From: Chrysomallon squamiferum
Lineage: Eukaryota; Animalia; Mollusca
NCBI GenBank assembly: GCA_012295275.1
Contig: CM022677.1
Location: 11,532,001-11,596,000 of the forward strand
DNA length: 64,000 bases
Direction of reading: 5' to 3'
Shown: positions 50,491 to 64,000 of the stretch, one piece after another
Layout of the letters: each line of letters begins with the position of its first letter
Numbering within the stretch: position 1 is the stretch's first letter
Translations under genes and position numbers: made by a program
The notes under the pieces: generated by a model
Told to the model about the DNA's origin: nothing
What the model saw: only the letters and a program-made list of their open reading frames with translations
The model's database searches: none

Positions 50491-52207
50491 TAAGTAAGTA
50501 CATTTTCTTTCTTCTCGTAGATGTAGATTTCTTTCTTCCTACGGATGGGTCACCTTCATGGGTGTCCATGGGCAAAACCGTCTTCCCGTGTGTAGTGGTC
50601 CAACAAGCACGGCATGACAGTTGACATGATGCGAAAAGCATCTCAAACCACAAACTGATAAAAAACACCCGATGAATATAAAGTTGATAATAATTACTAA
50701 AACACTATGTTATTTACGAAACATCATAAACGTGAAGAATGTGAAAATGGTGATCAGTAAATAGCATTGAAAATTAGATTAATTTATTACAACAATCGTA
50801 CATCTCGGTTCTTGGTTTCGTTTCAGTTTGAATAGCGAGACATATCTTTGCGGTAGACATACTTAAAATAAAATGAATTACTTTGAAAATAAAAAAATTA
50901 TTACTGATGACAATAGTTAAAAAATAAATTATAATAAGATTTAAATCACTGATAATTTCGTGCTTACAAATTAGAATTTATACTAACCATACACTCGGTG
51001 TTTTATAATGTTTATTTTTATATCGATCGGAGTTGAAAATAAAAATTAATATTCGGCTAACTTCGTTTTGACGTTCGGATGTATGACGTCATCAATGCTT
51101 TGTTTACATAGATACAGTTGGCGATATTGAAGATAAGCGCATTTTTTACTTTGTATATTGAATTGCATTTGCAAGTGATGAAGGTTACATTTGTGTAGGT
51201 TTAAGTTTTATATTATTAACATATTTAAGTCCAAACTGGACATATCGTTTTATTCACAGTGAGGTTGTGCTAGATTATTTTTAGATCAGATAATCAACGA
51301 TAACTGAAAACTGCGTGTATGCATTACTTTCTGACCTCTAATGCTATGATTCCTGTTTCTGATATTGTTAATATACCCTTGTCAAAATATGTTTATTTTT
51401 ACATAAAAATAACACCAATAATCAATTACAGATAGTGTTTCGATTGTTTTTATTTAAAAAGAATAAAGGATATGTAAAACATATCTTATTATCTGACAAC
51501 TATTATTTTATTAATTCTTCCCGTCTAAAAATATTTAGTGAATGGTTTCTATAAAATATTTGAAGAGTTCTTTTATTTTCAGAATCCGTTTCCAAGAGCC
51601 CATGGACGTCCACCCCTTCGACGACAGAGACATTCAACCAATGGAGGTTGACCCATTCGTGGAACCCATGGATATAACCTGTATCAAAATAAAATATTTT
51701 TGTTTTTTCGCAATATTCTCTACTTTCATATTAGACACAGCTATACTGCGAATGAAGTAAAGATAACATTATATAATAAATAAACATTTTTCTTTTCTTC
51801 TTGTACAGGTGGATTTCTTTGGTTCTCCCGATCGTTCACGTCCAATGCAAGGACACCGACGTCCATGGGCTCCGCCCTCTTCCCGTGTGTAGCGGGCACG
51901 TGAAAAGCACGACCTGGATCTGACTTGAAGAGAAAAGCAACTCAAATCATGAACTGGCAAAAACAACTGATGAACACAAGTTGACAAAACGTTTCAATCA
52001 CGAAACATCATAAACATGTAAGTCATGCCAGTCATTTATATCTTGATCAGTGCTGGGGACAGCAAATTAAAGAAGTTTTTTCCTCTCAATGTGAATATAT
52101 ATTTACAAAACAGTAACAGTAATTAAGGAATATGTTTTAGAATGCACATATATATATAATCAACCCATGTACATATTTTTACATTTGTAAAGATTAATAT
52201 TTTTCTA

Positions 52208-52626
52208 AATAAAAGAATGGTGTTGTTTTTCTCTTTCATGCAATCACAGATTGAGCACAGATTTTGTTTTTAAAATCTACATTATTACATAATTAAGTAT
52301 AGTTTATACATTTTAATTTGTACTATTTATTTATTATGTTGATGTTCAAACTCATTTCAGAAATGATATCAGATTTTATTCATGCTGAGAAGACAGAAAT
52401 CTCGTGTGGTTAGCCGCTCCGTATATCTTAGCGACCACACCCAGGACCGGTCCCAGGGATTTTCCTCTTTATATTCTAAAGATCTCAACTACACAAGGTG
52501 GCGCCATGACTACATGTGCAGGTACCTCCAGACATTGTTGTTCTGTTATATTTGCAGTTATATAATCTGTTATATTAGCACTTCACATAACAGTCGCTAT
52601 TGGTATTAATGCTGAATATAATATAA

Positions 52627-52663
<37 letters not shown>

Positions 52664-54006
52664 CAGATTTTATTCATACTGAGAAGACAGAAATCTCATG
52701 TGGTTAGCCGCTCGGTGTATCTTAGCAATCTATATATAGGGTATTGCTACTTTTTTCTAATTTTGAATACAGTGCCATTTCTTATCTTGTCATATTTACC
52801 TTCTAATCAGCAGATGAAGACTATGCTTTCAGTGTAGACAAACAAAGACTAGATTTCCAGATTAATGTTCTCTTTATAAACACTAATCTCTCATTAACAA
52901 TTTATTGGTACTTCCAGTCATGCCTCCCTCCTAACTCCATATATTCCACAGTTTAGATATTAAGCCAAATTCCATTGATATATCACTCAATCCAATGACC
53001 TACAATGAGGATCTTATTTATTAACAATGTGATGTCTGAAAAGTAATTGCTTGTATAATTGAAAACCTTTCAATCCATACTTCGCTCTTTTTATCCTTTT
53101 ATTATTTTCTCAGTTCTTCTTTGCACCAAACTTTCATCCATCTAACACTCCATCCATCCTTACCTACCTGCATGTTTCTATCTAACTATATCTGTCTATA
53201 TATTTGTTTTATTTCATCATCAATTTCTCTGGCTATTTGTCTATCTCTCTGTCTATTTATTGGTCAACCTGTGATGCAGCTTAATCTCGCTCCTGCTCAC
53301 CTCTTTCTAACATAGTTATTAGAAACAGACTTTAATGACGAACTCATATGATTTTTTTACTCATATACATGTGCCCATTACCTGTCTAGCTAACCATTTA
53401 TTCATCACTATCCTCTGTCTGTCTGTCTGTCTGTCTATATCTATTTTTATTTATATAATTATCTCTCATTCTCTGAAAAATCTTACACTCACGGCATACT
53501 TCTCTGTTTCATAGTGAGGTCAATACCTGTTCTCTCTCTGTAACAAACAGACACATATAACCACACCTACACATCAGTTTATCTATGTTAGCTGTGTATA
53601 TATATATATATATATATGCACCTAATTATTGTCTACCTAATATATCAATCTATCTCTGAAGCGATGTCTATCTCTATATCAATATACCTCACCTTCTCAG
53701 ATATACATAGCCACAATCTATCTTGCACACACACAAGTACATACGCACACACACACACGTACGTATACGCACTCTCTGTTTACATTATTTTTAAGTATTT
53801 AAATACAATCTTTCTATCTAGTTATCTAAATATAAATATTTGTATTTATCTATCTATTTATGCCATATACATAACCAACACAGTCAGTCGTTCTTACAGA
53901 TGTACAGGTATATTCTCATGCATTCTGTCTATCTTTCTAGTAATCCATCTACCTTTCTTCTGTCTATCAATTTACCTGTCTGTTATCATCTACCATCTAT
54001 CCACCC

Positions 54007-54041
<35 letters not shown>

Positions 54042-57000
54042 TAGTTACTTATCATTTTATATATATATATACATATACATACTAATGATCTTTTAAACAT
54101 ACAAATACATTATCATTCCTATACACGTGTGTGTGTGTGTATGTATATATGTATGTATGTATGTGTGTGTGTATATTTATATGGCTAGATGCATCCTTCC
54201 AACCAGCGTCAGTGAAAATTATTTATTTCATTTTAATTTATTTTATTTCAATTATTTTATTTTAGTTTTATTTATTTACTGATTTTTTATATGTTATATG
54301 ATGTTATAAAAAGTGGAAAAAAAAAATACTGCAAAAACAAAATGGGTACGAGATGGCATATTACGTCATTGTCAAAAAAAAAAAGAAAAAAGAAAAAAAG
54401 AAATGTTACCACGTTTTCAGCAATTACTACAGCGTATAGGCCATCTACGTATAAGAGGCATTGGTTATATGATATACTTCTCAAATGACTTTTAATTATC
54501 CATGTAGAATTGTTGCATTGATAAAATCCTACATGTTTAAAAGTGTGTAAATATTGATCGGCGTTCGATGCTGCCATCTTGGATTTCGATCGGAAGTTTC
54601 CGTGAGGTCACGGAAGTTTTTAAACTTCCAAATACAATTATTTTACGTCAATTTTCTGAACTTTTAATGATTTACACTGATAAAGATGGTTGTTCATATT
54701 ACAAAACCGTGATCTCTTGCGCCTTTCCTAACAACTTTTTCAATCAACTACTTAAGGGCAATTCTGGCCTCCGAGGTGTATTATGACTTGCAGCCGCTAT
54801 ACTGTGTTTTGAAGTTTCAAAAGTGAGTCCTGTAGACATAAGGTTAGTGATACATTATAAACAGGTAAACATATAATCGATTTTTAAGTTCAGCAGAAGA
54901 AACTTGATTAATATGTGATAATTAGGCAAGAAATATGCTTTTTATTTTGCTCCACCACTTGGGGCAATAAAATCAAAAGGCATTGACAGAAGAAGAAAGT
55001 GTCAGGAGGTATGGAGAAGAGTTGGCAGAGGAGAAGAAGAATGAGGAAGAAAAGGCAAAGAAAGTAAATGTTTTAAAGGTAAAATTACATCAAAAACAAA
55101 TAGAAGATACCAAAGTCAAAACAGTTCAATTTGAATGCTACAGCAGAACCAGTGGATGCAGCCAAAGAAAACGTTGATGGTGATGAGCCTGAACTAGAAG
55201 ACAGAGATGTAGTAGATACACAAGAAAAATGTGAATTCTGTGGCAGAGTTGATGGTGGAATGAATTCTGACGAGTTCATAGGATGTGTTAGGTGCCCAAA
55301 TTCCTATTCTCTTGATTCTTGCGCAAATCTCGAAATCCCAGTTGATGCAGACTTGAAAGATATTGTGTGATATTTGTCAAGGAGTTTAGTTTATTGAAGT
55401 TTTCAATTTGACTTGTATTATGATTAGGACTAATTATTATTAGTAGTAAAAATTGATTATATAGCAATAATCAGTCCAACAAATTTGAGGACCAAATTAC
55501 TCATGAATGACTATTTTATTTATCATTTTAAGTAGTATTATTACAATTAGTGTTGTTGTTTTTATCGTTAATGTCGTTATACCCGTATTACAGTCGTCAT
55601 TATAAAGAAAGAAACAATTATTAACAAATAAATAAATAGATAGATACACACATACACAGACACAGACACAGACACATAGAAAAGAAATAGTTTGGTATAT
55701 GTGTTTGTCTTAGAGGATAGTTATATACATAAGTTCATAACAGTGAGACGGTGTTTATGTATATAGTTAAATAATAGACAGATAGATACATTGATGGACA
55801 TAGAGATAGATAGACATTTTACATTTCATATCATGAACTTGTAAGAAAATGTTTGTACATGCATTATTATATAATATCACATTAACCTCGCTTTTCACAT
55901 TTTTTCTTTTATTGGTCATTTTAATTATTCAGTTTTGGGTTTTTCTATCTGTCTGTGTCTCTGTATGTCTGTCTATGGATTTCTCTCTATATATGTATGT
56001 CTGTCTCACTCTCCATCTATCTGTCTGTCTATCTGTCTATCCACCTACCTATCTACCTCTCAGATTACAGTGATAAGTGCAGGTGTCGCTGTAATTAAAA
56101 CTTCAGTAAAAGAAATGATAAACACTGCAGAAAACATTGATAATAAAACAGCGATGATATTTTATCTCACTGGGAGAGGTTCTGCGTATGCCTAAAATAC
56201 TGAAGGATCTTAGATATTAATATTAATATTAATACATTTATTTATTTATTTATTTGTTCCTGTAAACGGCAACTGAAATGTCCTTTGTATTGCAGTAATG
56301 AACAAAACAAATGTTCTTGTTATTATGATGAACGCTGTTTACCACATACAATAGAACTGAACGACAATATTTACAGTTTATTTGCTTCAACCAGACCTGT
56401 TCCTTCTAATACATTTCAATTCAGCGAAAGAACCGTAATGTTTAACATTTATATATAGCTTTTATCTAGATTTTATCTAGTTGACTATTAATTGTCTAAT
56501 TATCAATTTAATTTTTAGGGGAGGTAATAGAATATCACTTTCTACAGTTAATTAAGAATTAATCTGTAATAGCGCAGTATATTTACAGAACTCGCCTTTT
56601 CAGTATCCTTTTATTAATAAAAACGTCTATTAATATTTCTCTACATTCTAGACTTTTCTAGTATTTAAGAAAGATGCACTTGCGAATATCAATAACATGG
56701 TGAAGTTAATTCATATTAATCTAGCCTCTCACCTCTCAACTACAATTCTACTATCTTAATAATAAAAAAATGAGAATAATACGCATTATTAAACGTTGAT
56801 TCATTATTCAACTTGTTAGATACGTTATACCTGTTAATGAAAAATTAAGCTTATTATTTATTTATTTATTTATTATGCAACGTAAAATTTTCTAATATTG
56901 TTAATTAAAAAGCAATACCTCTATTTTTCAATACATAATATTACCGCTACGCCTCTGTTTACAACATAAAACATATAACATAAATAGTGATGGCGGTACT

Positions 57001-57512
57001 GAAGTTGAGTCTTATTTTCATAACGCCGTGTAAAATTACTCCTACTTAGCTGTTCTGTGAAACAATTTCTGTTAATAAAATATCACATTAGTATGGAAGC
57101 GTTCACGATATTCACATATAATTCTACTGTTGTTTATAAAAACACGCTAACCTGGAAGCCCAATCTACATTTCTGAATGTACACTGTGTTTTCACAGTAC
57201 AATCAGACCTGTAATGTTTACTATAATGCTACAGTACACACAAAAAACAACAACGACAACGACAACAGTAATATATAGAAAAGAAAATTTTAATCTTTAT
57301 TCGATTTCTTTACTTCTAAATATCCATAAGACTTCAAAAGTTAATATCATCACTACTGGTCTGGATGTCAATATATTTTATGACGTAGCTATAGCTTCAC
57401 ACAGAGAAGAACACTGGATATATCCAGTTTTCAATCCTCTTTACTGACAAACAGAACATAACATTTTTTAAAAAACAAAACAAATTAGAATGACCAAGAC
57501 AATTAGTTGAGG

Positions 57513-57570
<58 letters not shown>

Positions 57571-59000
57571 GTAAATAAATAAATAAATAAACAAACATTT
57601 ACATCGTATAATAAAAAACATGTTTTATAATTTAGTGGGTGAGAGGTGTATAGTGAACATATTGAATGGGCTTCTGGACTTTCTTTTTTTCTTTTTTCTT
57701 TTTTTTTAATCTCCAATGTAGGATTATACTTGAAAAGGTGAGAAGAGGATATATTAAGAATATGACATTTTATAACTTGATCACATTACTTACATTTACT
57801 ACTGCAGAATCAGCAGGATAAATATTTTGTTTTATAGAAGATCAGTGGATAATCAGAATTATTGCGCGCGCTTGTGGATTAATGTCATTTTTATCGACTG
57901 TATTAGAGATTATACAAGAAACAAAATCACATTATTATTACAGATAAAACTGAATATCTAAAAGTGTTAATCAAAAACAGAACATAATATGCTGCAGCGA
58001 AATAGAGAGTTATGTACCCTATTTTCAACAGTAGCTGTAGAGTTGATAAATAGCGAGTTAGATTTCCAGATTCGTATTATTAACAAAAGCTTAATTTTTT
58101 GTTCGTTTTATTATTTTTTCTCTCTCTTCCTGACAGTCGTAGTAATAGAAGAAAATAAATTTATTTTACTTCCAGACAAAGCGTTATATGTATTTTAGGA
58201 AATGTACTTTTTCTAAGCAGAAGAACAATGAAGGTGATTTTCAATAATTACATTTTTCTCGTGATTAATATTTAACCAGAATATTTTAAGAAATGTGGTA
58301 CTTGTTCGTCCTATACAATGGCGAGTGTTTTGTGAAGAAACGTTTGGGTGAAACTTGTGAAGACAAGTCGGACTGTGCAGACGTGTAGCTGACTGTCTGG
58401 ATAACACGGGTTTCAGTAAAAATTCTGCTGTCCAGTTTCGTTCTTCCAAAAGTGATGTCATGATACAAATCGTATTTGAGTATTTACTGAAACATGAAAT
58501 TTTGATGTACAGTGTATTTTTCTATGGACAAACTGCTGGACGGAATTTACGTTCTACAAATTAACAAGATTTCAGTTTTATAAACTGAGATTCAACCAAA
58601 AATAGCTTGAAATATTATGAATACCACTATTTACATTGATTATCTTTAACTGAAATAAATAAATAAATAAATATAATTTTAATTTTAATATAATGGATGT
58701 TGGATATATTAATAGTATGTATCATTATATATGTATTGGAGATGGCGCTAGTTTAATCTGATATTTTAAAAGCTTCAAGTAAAATTGTATTTTTTATGAT
58801 GCAAAATAGAGGTAAAACATAACAAAACATCACGTTATTTTCACTAAGTATCAATAAACGTCGCAGGTTTTATGTATTAACGTGAATTACGTCGCGTTTT
58901 ACAAAACAGAAAACTTAGCTTATCTCTGTGAATTTTAATTTTAATGTCCTTTGCTTTTCAAATTTATTCATCACTATCCTCAAATTTTGTGATTCAAGTA
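52208..59000 (+). repeat. Composite repeat, copy C (longest copy; runs up to the gap)
   Basis: Direct match to copy B and inverted match to copies A and D along most of its length. Confidence 0.92.
54965..55389 (+). pseudogene. pogo-type transposase C-terminal fragment with PHD finger
   Basis: LTEEESVRRYGEELAEEKKNEEEKAKK, then CEFC...FIGCVRCPNSYSLDSC and, after a frameshift, CDICQGV*. Confidence 0.65.
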
Positions 59001-59040
59001 AAGAGTAACTCAGCAATACGTAACTGAAACGAAGCACAAT

Positions 59041-59240
59041 NNNNNNNNNNNNNNNNNNNNNNNNNNNNNNNNNNNNNNNNNNNNNNNNNNNNNNNNNNNN
59101 NNNNNNNNNNNNNNNNNNNNNNNNNNNNNNNNNNNNNNNNNNNNNNNNNNNNNNNNNNNNNNNNNNNNNNNNNNNNNNNNNNNNNNNNNNNNNNNNNNNN
59201 NNNNNNNNNNNNNNNNNNNNNNNNNNNNNNNNNNNNNNNN
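59041..59240. other. Assembly gap (200 N)
   Basis: Run of N. Confidence 1.
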
Positions 59241-59284
59241 TTTGACAAAAGAACCACATCTATTTATAATTAGTACGTATATTT

Positions 59285-59465
59285 TAATAAAAGTTATTAT
59301 ATTCCTTTATTTGTTTTATTTACATTGAACTTTTTTAGTATAGTATTTGCGGAAAAATGCGTGATGATTGCCAGTCTTTAAGGGATTTACAGTTTTATTT
59401 GATGTTCGAAGAATCTTACACAGAATTGCCACATGATGGCTGCTATCTTGTTCGAGAACAATAAT
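59285..59465 (+). repeat. Dispersed repeat shared with ~635-985
   Basis: GAAAAATGCG.GATGAT...CTTTAAGG.ATTTAC...ATGTTCGAAGAAT...ACAGAATTG and GATGGC.GC.AT.TT.TT.GAGAACAATA occur at both sites. Confidence 0.75.
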
Positions 59466-61019
59466 TATATATACATAAAAAATAAACAGTGTCAGAAATT
59501 TTGTAGATAATCAGATGTAAATCTTGAAACTAGATGCCTTCAGCTGTTATTCATTATTACAAAAATACAGATAAATTACATAGTTTTTATAGTTTGAATT
59601 TAAAGTAACAATGGATTCTCTGAACAGCATCATGACTGAGAGACCAAGCAGAAATGATCTCCTTTAGTGAAGACAAAACAAAATTTATTTTCCTAAAATC
59701 TGAATATTTCCACATTGTTTGACTGATGTATAAGATACAACGTGAACTAAAACTGGATATAACTGAAATTTGTCATGTTGACTTATATCTTCAACACAGT
59801 GAGGTCTCCTAAAAAGAAAAAAAAAAAACATTTTATTGTGAAATTAAGTGGAGGCATTGTAGTATTTTAGGCAATATTGAAATCTGTCTTCTCTCTTTTA
59901 CACAGATTCATTCAAAGACTTGCAGATTATTCAAATATAAGGAAGACATTTATCAGTTTAGCTAAATCTTATGTAAAGCTGTCTCTTTGCTGCTGCAAAG
60001 GTCAACTCATTTTGTAATCTTAATTTCCTTCCTTGAAAGGTTTTTCCTCAGTTGTGTTTCTGTTTTGCTATTATTTTCTAAAAAAAACAACAATATCATG
60101 ATGTATTATATATATTCAGCTTCATTTTCATATTTGTTTCTAGATATGTGAACAACTGAGAAATGACAGACAAGTTTATAGTTTCCTTTATACTCTGCCA
60201 AATTTCATAACGAAATAAATGAACTAACAGCTACTTAAATTGGGAAATTAATAATTAAACAGTGAGGTACATCTGAGTTATTTAGTGCAATTAATTAAAA
60301 TTTGTTAATTTCTGCATCATGCTTTAAAATACTGTAATAAAAATAACAGTTTTGTGGATAATACTGTAGAGCTTTAGAAATCATCATTTTGATATAAAAC
60401 GTGTGTATACTGGTTTGAAACTGTATGAGATATTCAGTATTCTGTTTCCCAAATGACTGAAACGAATCTCAGATTTTCCACAGATTATGAAGGAAAAATA
60501 CCAAGCAAATTTTATTTAGATAAAAATTCGTTACTTCCTTCACATCAATCATGATATTTTCGAGTGATTTTAATCTCCTTTTATTTTTATTTTATTTTTT
60601 TTCTTGTCATTGTATAGTTATAAGTTATATAGTTTAAAAGATAATTATATTTTTGAAAATACTATTACACAGCTGCTAAATAAAATTATATAATAATTTA
60701 AATGAAAAGCAAAATATAACTGATTACTCTGTTGAGTGATCAATAAAAATGCAGCAAAATTTCTGAAGAAAAAAATTACACTCGAGTCTTGTGACAAGAT
60801 TCTACATCGTATTGTTTAATAATTCATTATCGGTTATCTGCCCTTGAAAACTTTCCATAAAGCAGACGTCGAAACATTTTACAAACTAAATTACAAACAT
60901 GTACTCCAAAGTATATAAAGAATAAAAAAAAAAAAAATAAAAAAAACATTTCATACCTGTATATATAAAGAAATCAACTCTTCATGATTCTTAGAATCTA
61001 CATTTAACTGAGAAAAACC

Positions 61020-62723
61020 ATAAATAACAAATACCGCAAATAAAAGTAGAAATCCAGCATCCCCCCGAAATAACAAAATTATGTGAGAGTAATCTCCCTT
61101 CAGCTGTAGTTTCTTTCTTTCTTCTGTTTGTGGGGTTCTCGTCATTGCACACCACAGAAAATCGCTGATAACGAAACGTCGTATAAAGCTGTATAATGAG
61201 TAATAAACGTAAATGTGTAGATACGTTCCAGGAATATCAATATCACGTTATTTTCACTCAGTATCAATTTATAATATAAACGTCGCTGGTTTTATGTATT
61301 AACGTGTAATCTGTTCTGCTGTTAATCAAATATCACATTTATAGGGATCTGACCTTTTATTTTATAGTGGCATTCAGCGCTGGACTTCTAAATTCAGACA
61401 TACATAACTTAATGACTAGATATACTTGAATCACAAAATTTGAGTTTGCAAAGGAAACGACATTAAAATTAAAATTCACAGAGATAAGCTAAGTTTTCTG
61501 TTTTGTAAAACGCGACGTAATACACGTTTTATATACAAAACCTGCGATGTTTATTGATACTTAGTGAAAATAACGTGAGGTTCTGTTATGTTTTACCTCT
61601 ATTTTGCTTCATAAAAAATACAATCTTGCCTGAAGCTTTTAAAATATCAGATTAAACTAGCCCATCTCAAATACATATATAATGATACTATTAATATCCA
61701 ACATCCATTATGTAAATTGTGCAGTCGGTATTACAATTAAAATTATATTTATTTATTTATTTATTTATTTCAATTAAAGATAATCAGTGTAAATAGTGGT
61801 ATACATAATATTTCAAGCTATTTTTGGTTGGATCTCAGTTTATAAAACTGAAATCTTGTTAATTTATAGAACGTTAATTCCGTCCAGCAATTTGTCCATA
61901 GAAAACTACACTGTACGTCAAAGTTTCGTGTTTCAGTAAATACTCAAATACGATTTGTATCATGGGAGAACAAAACTGGACAGCAGAACTTTTAATGAAA
62001 CACGTGTTATCCAGACAGACACCAGAAAAATATAATTAAAAACACAGTCTGTGGTGTAATTATTGAAAATCACCTTCATCATTCTTCTGCTTAGAAAAAG
62101 TATATTTCCTAAAATACATATAACGCTTTGTCTGGAAGTAAACAAAATATATTTTTTTCTATCACTACTACTGTCAGGAAGAGAGCGAGAAAAGAAAATA
62201 AAACGAAAAAAAAAAATTAAGTCTTTTGTTAATAATATGAATCTGGAAATCTAACTCGCTAAGTATCAGCTCTACAGCTACTGTTGAAAAAAGGGTACAT
62301 AACTCTAGTTCACTGCAGCACATTATGTTCTGTTTTTTATTCACAGTTTTAGCGATTTAGTTTTATCTGTAATATAAATGTGATTTTGTTTCTTGTAATC
62401 TCTAATACAGTCAATAAAAAATGATGTTAATCCACAAGCGCGCGCATTAATTCTGATTATCCACTGATCTTCTATAAAACAAAATATTTGTCTTGTGCAT
62501 TCTGCGTTAGTGAATATAAGTAATGTTTCAAGTTATAAAATGTCATATTATTAATCTATCCTCTTCTCACCTTTTCAAGTATAGTCATACATTGGTGATT
62601 AAAAAAAAATATCAAAAAACAAATCCAGAAGCCCATTTAATACATTCAATATACACCTCTCACCTACATACTAAATTATAAAAAATGTTTTTATTATACG
62701 ATGTGAATATTTATTTGTTTATT

Positions 62724-62785
<62 letters not shown>

Positions 62786-64000
62786 CCTCAAATAATTGTC
62801 TCGGTCATTCTCATTTTTATTTTTTTTTTTTTTTTTTTTTTATCTTCTGTTTGTCATTAAAGAGGATTGAAAAGTGGATATCTCCAGGTTACTTGTCTGT
62901 GTGAAGCTATAGCTACGTCATAAAATATATTGACATCCAGACTGGAGCGATGATGTTAACTTTTGAAGTCTTACGGATATTGAGAAGTAAACAAATCGAA
63001 TAAAGATTAACATTTTATTTTATTTATATTACTATTGTTGCTGTCGTTGTCGTTGTTGTTGTTGTTTTATGTGTTTACTGTAGCATATAGTAAACATTAC
63101 AGGTGTGATTTTACTGCGAAAACACTGTGTACATTCAGAAATGTAGATTGGGCTATTTATATTACATGTTTTATGTAACAGAGGCGTAAAGGTAATATTA
63201 TATATTGAAAAATAGAGATATTGGTTTTTAATTAACAATATTAGATAATTTTATTTTGGATAATAAATAAATAATAAGCTTAATTTTTCATTAACAGGTA
63301 TAACGTATCTAACAAGTTGAATCATGAATCAACGTTGTTTCTTTTTTCTTTTTTTATTAAGATAGTAGAATTGCAGTTGAGAGGTGAGAGGCTAGATTAA
63401 GATGAATTAACATCACCATGTTACTGATATTTGCAAGTGCATCTTTCTTAAGTGCATCTACTAGAAAAGTCTAGAATATAGAGAAACATTAATAGACGTT
63501 TTTATTATTAAAAGTAAAGTGAAAAGGCGAGGATGCGCGAGATGAATCTTGTTTATTATAACACAAGTTCTGTAAATATACTGCGCTATTACATCAATGT
63601 ATCTATCTGTCTGTTATTTAACTATATACATAAACACCATCTCACTGATATGAACTTTCGTATATAAATATCCTCTAAGGCAAACACGTATACCAAGCTA
63701 TTTCTTTTCTATGTGTGTGTGAATGTGTATGTGTGTGTGTCTATCTCTCTATCTGTTTATTTGTTGATAATTTTTCTTTATTTATAATGACGACTGTAAT
63801 ACTGACATAACGACATTAACGATAAAAACAACAACACTAATTGCAATAATACTACTTAAAATGATAAATATAATATAATTTGGTCCTCAAATTTGTTGGA
63901 CTGATTATTGCTATATAATCATTGTTTACTACTAATAATAATTAGTCCTAATCATAATACAAGTCACATTCAATAAACTACACTCCTTGACAAACATCAC
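61020..64000 (-). repeat. Composite repeat, copy D (minus orientation, continues past the window end)
   Basis: 62277-64000 matches 19441-22185 directly with two internal deletions, and 61430-62280 is the reverse complement of 58035-59000. The last bases encode the PHD tail DVCQGV* on the minus strand. Confidence 0.92.

Noticed and set aside
58915-59259. ORFs spanning the second N gap
   Set aside because: Open only because of Ns.

Overview
AT-rich eukaryotic (animal, probably invertebrate) genomic DNA with many microsatellites and two 200-N scaffold gaps. I found no intact protein-coding gene, RNA gene or CRISPR array. The window is dominated by a multi-kb composite repeat present as four rearranged copies (19.4-23.0 kb minus, 27.1-33.0 kb plus, 52.2-59.0 kb plus, 61.0-64.0 kb minus), plus a deleted mini-copy near 50 kb. 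Each large copy carries the decayed C-terminus (coiled coil + PHD finger) of a pogo-type transposase, and the copies form two large inverted pairs. One pair brackets a ~2.6-kb array of 71-bp stem-loop units with a 6-unit higher-order repeat. The first 7 kb holds a cluster of disabled gene pieces: a 99-bp Ser/Thr repeat with an NLS-like motif followed by a Topors-like RING, an EGFR-family kinase fragment, and a possible Crypton/DUF3504 remnant. Also present are a complete 555-bp MITE with a TTTA target-site duplication, two near-perfect long hairpins, and a spliced gene or pseudogene at 33-36 kb. All homology calls come from motif recognition by eye. No database searches were run, and repeat boundaries are approximate.
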